63,450 nucleotides of DNA, taken from assembly GCA_001938485.1 (NCBI GenBank), contig MQRK01236233.1, forward strand, positions 15,977-79,426, in the 5' to 3' direction. Positions within the stretch are counted from its first letter, which is position 1. Each line of letters begins with the position of its first letter. A program made the position numbers and the translations under genes. Source of the stretch: Girardia tigrina (Eukaryota). The notes under the pieces were generated by a model. It did no database searches. It was not told the origin of the DNA and saw only the letters and a list, made by a program, of their open reading frames with translations. Positions 61,540 to 63,450 of this stretch are shown here, piece by piece.

Positions 61540-63000
61540 AGCTTGGAACTAAAATTGATGATCTCCGATTGGCATACCTTTAGAGGAGAGTCGATCAATC
61601 GTTTTGTCCTAACAAGATATATGGTTATAAGGTTAATATCGAATTCGGTCGATGTTTAGAGCCAATTATCAAAAAAAGATCCGACAGCATGTGTTTGAGT
61701 CAGATCTAGTAATTATGATATCATAGTAAATACTGATAAAATATCTAAAGAGCTGTTGTTGATGGAATTCGAGTAAGTTTATCATAAAAGTTTATTAATA
61801 AGTAAGTTTATTATTAAAGTGTTTTATTTTGGACTTTGTTTAATTTCCGAAAGATATTCTAGAACGCTTGATCGACCTAAATCTTTTTGCGCGGTCAAAC
61901 CGTTTTGTGAGACACGTTTTGAGAGTGTGTTGTTCCAGAGAAGATTACCGGAGATGGAAGATGGAATGCAGAAGTAAAACTGATAAAAAAGTCACTAAAA
62001 TTGAAACAGACTAAAAAGCGTATAAAAACGGAAGATCATGTCTCAATTCCACGAGAAGAACCGTAAATTGAGAAAGTGCAGGTGTGGTGTGGCGCCAGTT
62101 TGATTTCAATTTGGGGGTACCTGAATTGAATTTGGCGATACAATCTTGTAAAATACATGTGAGTTTTAACCGACGGGTCACGAAAGTATTAATAAAACTT
62201 GGCTTAACTTGAGATGGCAAATTGAACTCTCAAGGCAGTGAGAAAGTAAATACTGTAAATTTTACTTATTGATTCAACAACGTATCATAACTTGCATTTA
62301 TTAACACATTTTGAAATAGAGACGATCAGATCTTTCAGAGCGCTTTTGATCAACTTCTTCTTTTTGAACTATTGACCAACTCACTGGTGAAGTGTGATTA
62401 AACATTTCGTAGTTTCAGCGGCACTAGAAATAGTTGATAAAAACAAATTCATCGATACTCTAAAGTACCTACATTAGTTCCATCAGTCAGAAAATATCAT
62501 ATTCTTGGCAAGGTTAGTAAGGGATTCCAGTAAAGTTTTGGAGAAAAAGTCAAGTCAGTGATTAAAGGATGTATGATCTGTGTTCCTCAATTATTTCAAT
62601 CACAATCAGATATAGAAGATGAAAAACGAATTTGTTATGAAATGATTTGATAATGGTCTATGGTAGACATCACACACATATCGAAAAAGTTTCTCATGCT
62701 AATGAACTGTGACTGGATTCTTAATGGCTCGGTACTGGATTGTTACAGAATGAAACGGAAATTTTCTGTGACAATAAATATAATATTGAAGGATTTTGGT
62801 ATATCAATGGCTGTGGTCTAATGAGTCTTCTCGACTTCAGATTTGAAGTCTAATTTTGTTGCGTGAATCGTCTGAGCAGTAACGAAATTGTCAAATAGAG
62901 CTATAGGGAAATAAAAGGAATGGCCGTGTGGAGCGGCTAGCAATTAGGTGTAATGTTTACATAATATATATAGAGACTCCGATTCCAAATGAAGTGATCC
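61540..63000 (+). mobile_element. Heavily decayed LTR-retrotransposon pol/integrase remnant
   Basis: Scattered remnants such as NGRVERL at about 62919-62940, with many stops. Confidence 0.4.
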
Positions 63001-63450
63001 CACCATTGGTAGTGTTCAATCTAATGATTAAGATACTATTACCGAAAGTCTACACACTAAGGTTCTTCTAGGGCTATGGCAAGAAGTTTCAAAGTAGGAG
63101 CTACTAGTCAGAGATGAATCATTTGTTAAGTCGCTTAAGCAGTATACTGTCATGAAGCTCTGGAAGTGTGCGACAATAATGATAATACAATCACCGCTCC
63201 AAGTTAAGATCAATAATATGCATTTTTTACATCAGCCATAACGATATGTTGGAGCACGAGAAAAGCGAGAATACCGATACACAAAAATCAGTGTACAGGG
63301 TGCGGCAGCTATTTGAGAACAAAATGACATGAATTTCAAAAAATGAATATACAACAGAAAAATAACATTTATTACAATTTAAAATTTTACATATATTAAC
63401 ACGTACATAAAGGACTACATCATTCAATGAAACCGCCATTAGCGGCAATA

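Overview
Very AT-rich, transposon-dense eukaryotic DNA. It is probably from an invertebrate, and a planarian flatworm is plausible but not provable from sequence alone. Two host genes are supported. The first is a + strand adducin (hts/ADD-like) gene whose phase-compatible exons (7719-7818, 11454-11584, 16224-16493, 23651-23979, 31644-31744, probably 34167-34317) are scattered across TE-filled introns. The second is a - strand M60-like/TCAF (FAM115) zinc-metallopeptidase terminal exon (59149-61395). The rest is mostly decayed transposons: mariner/Tc1/pogo, piggyBac, hAT, MULE, Penelope-like, Helentron-type non-autonomous elements, and nested Ty3/Gypsy and BEL/Pao LTR retrotransposons. The most unusual feature is a BEL/Pao-type element (49312-51800, -; truncated second copy at 24749-25713, +). 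Its DUF1759 Gag is preceded by a recognisable ubiquitin/NEDD8-like domain ending in LKGG, and possibly by a second divergent Ubl at the N-terminus. It lies downstream of an initiator-tRNA-Met primer-binding site. This suggests a retrotransposon polyprotein processed by host deubiquitinases, which is an inference.
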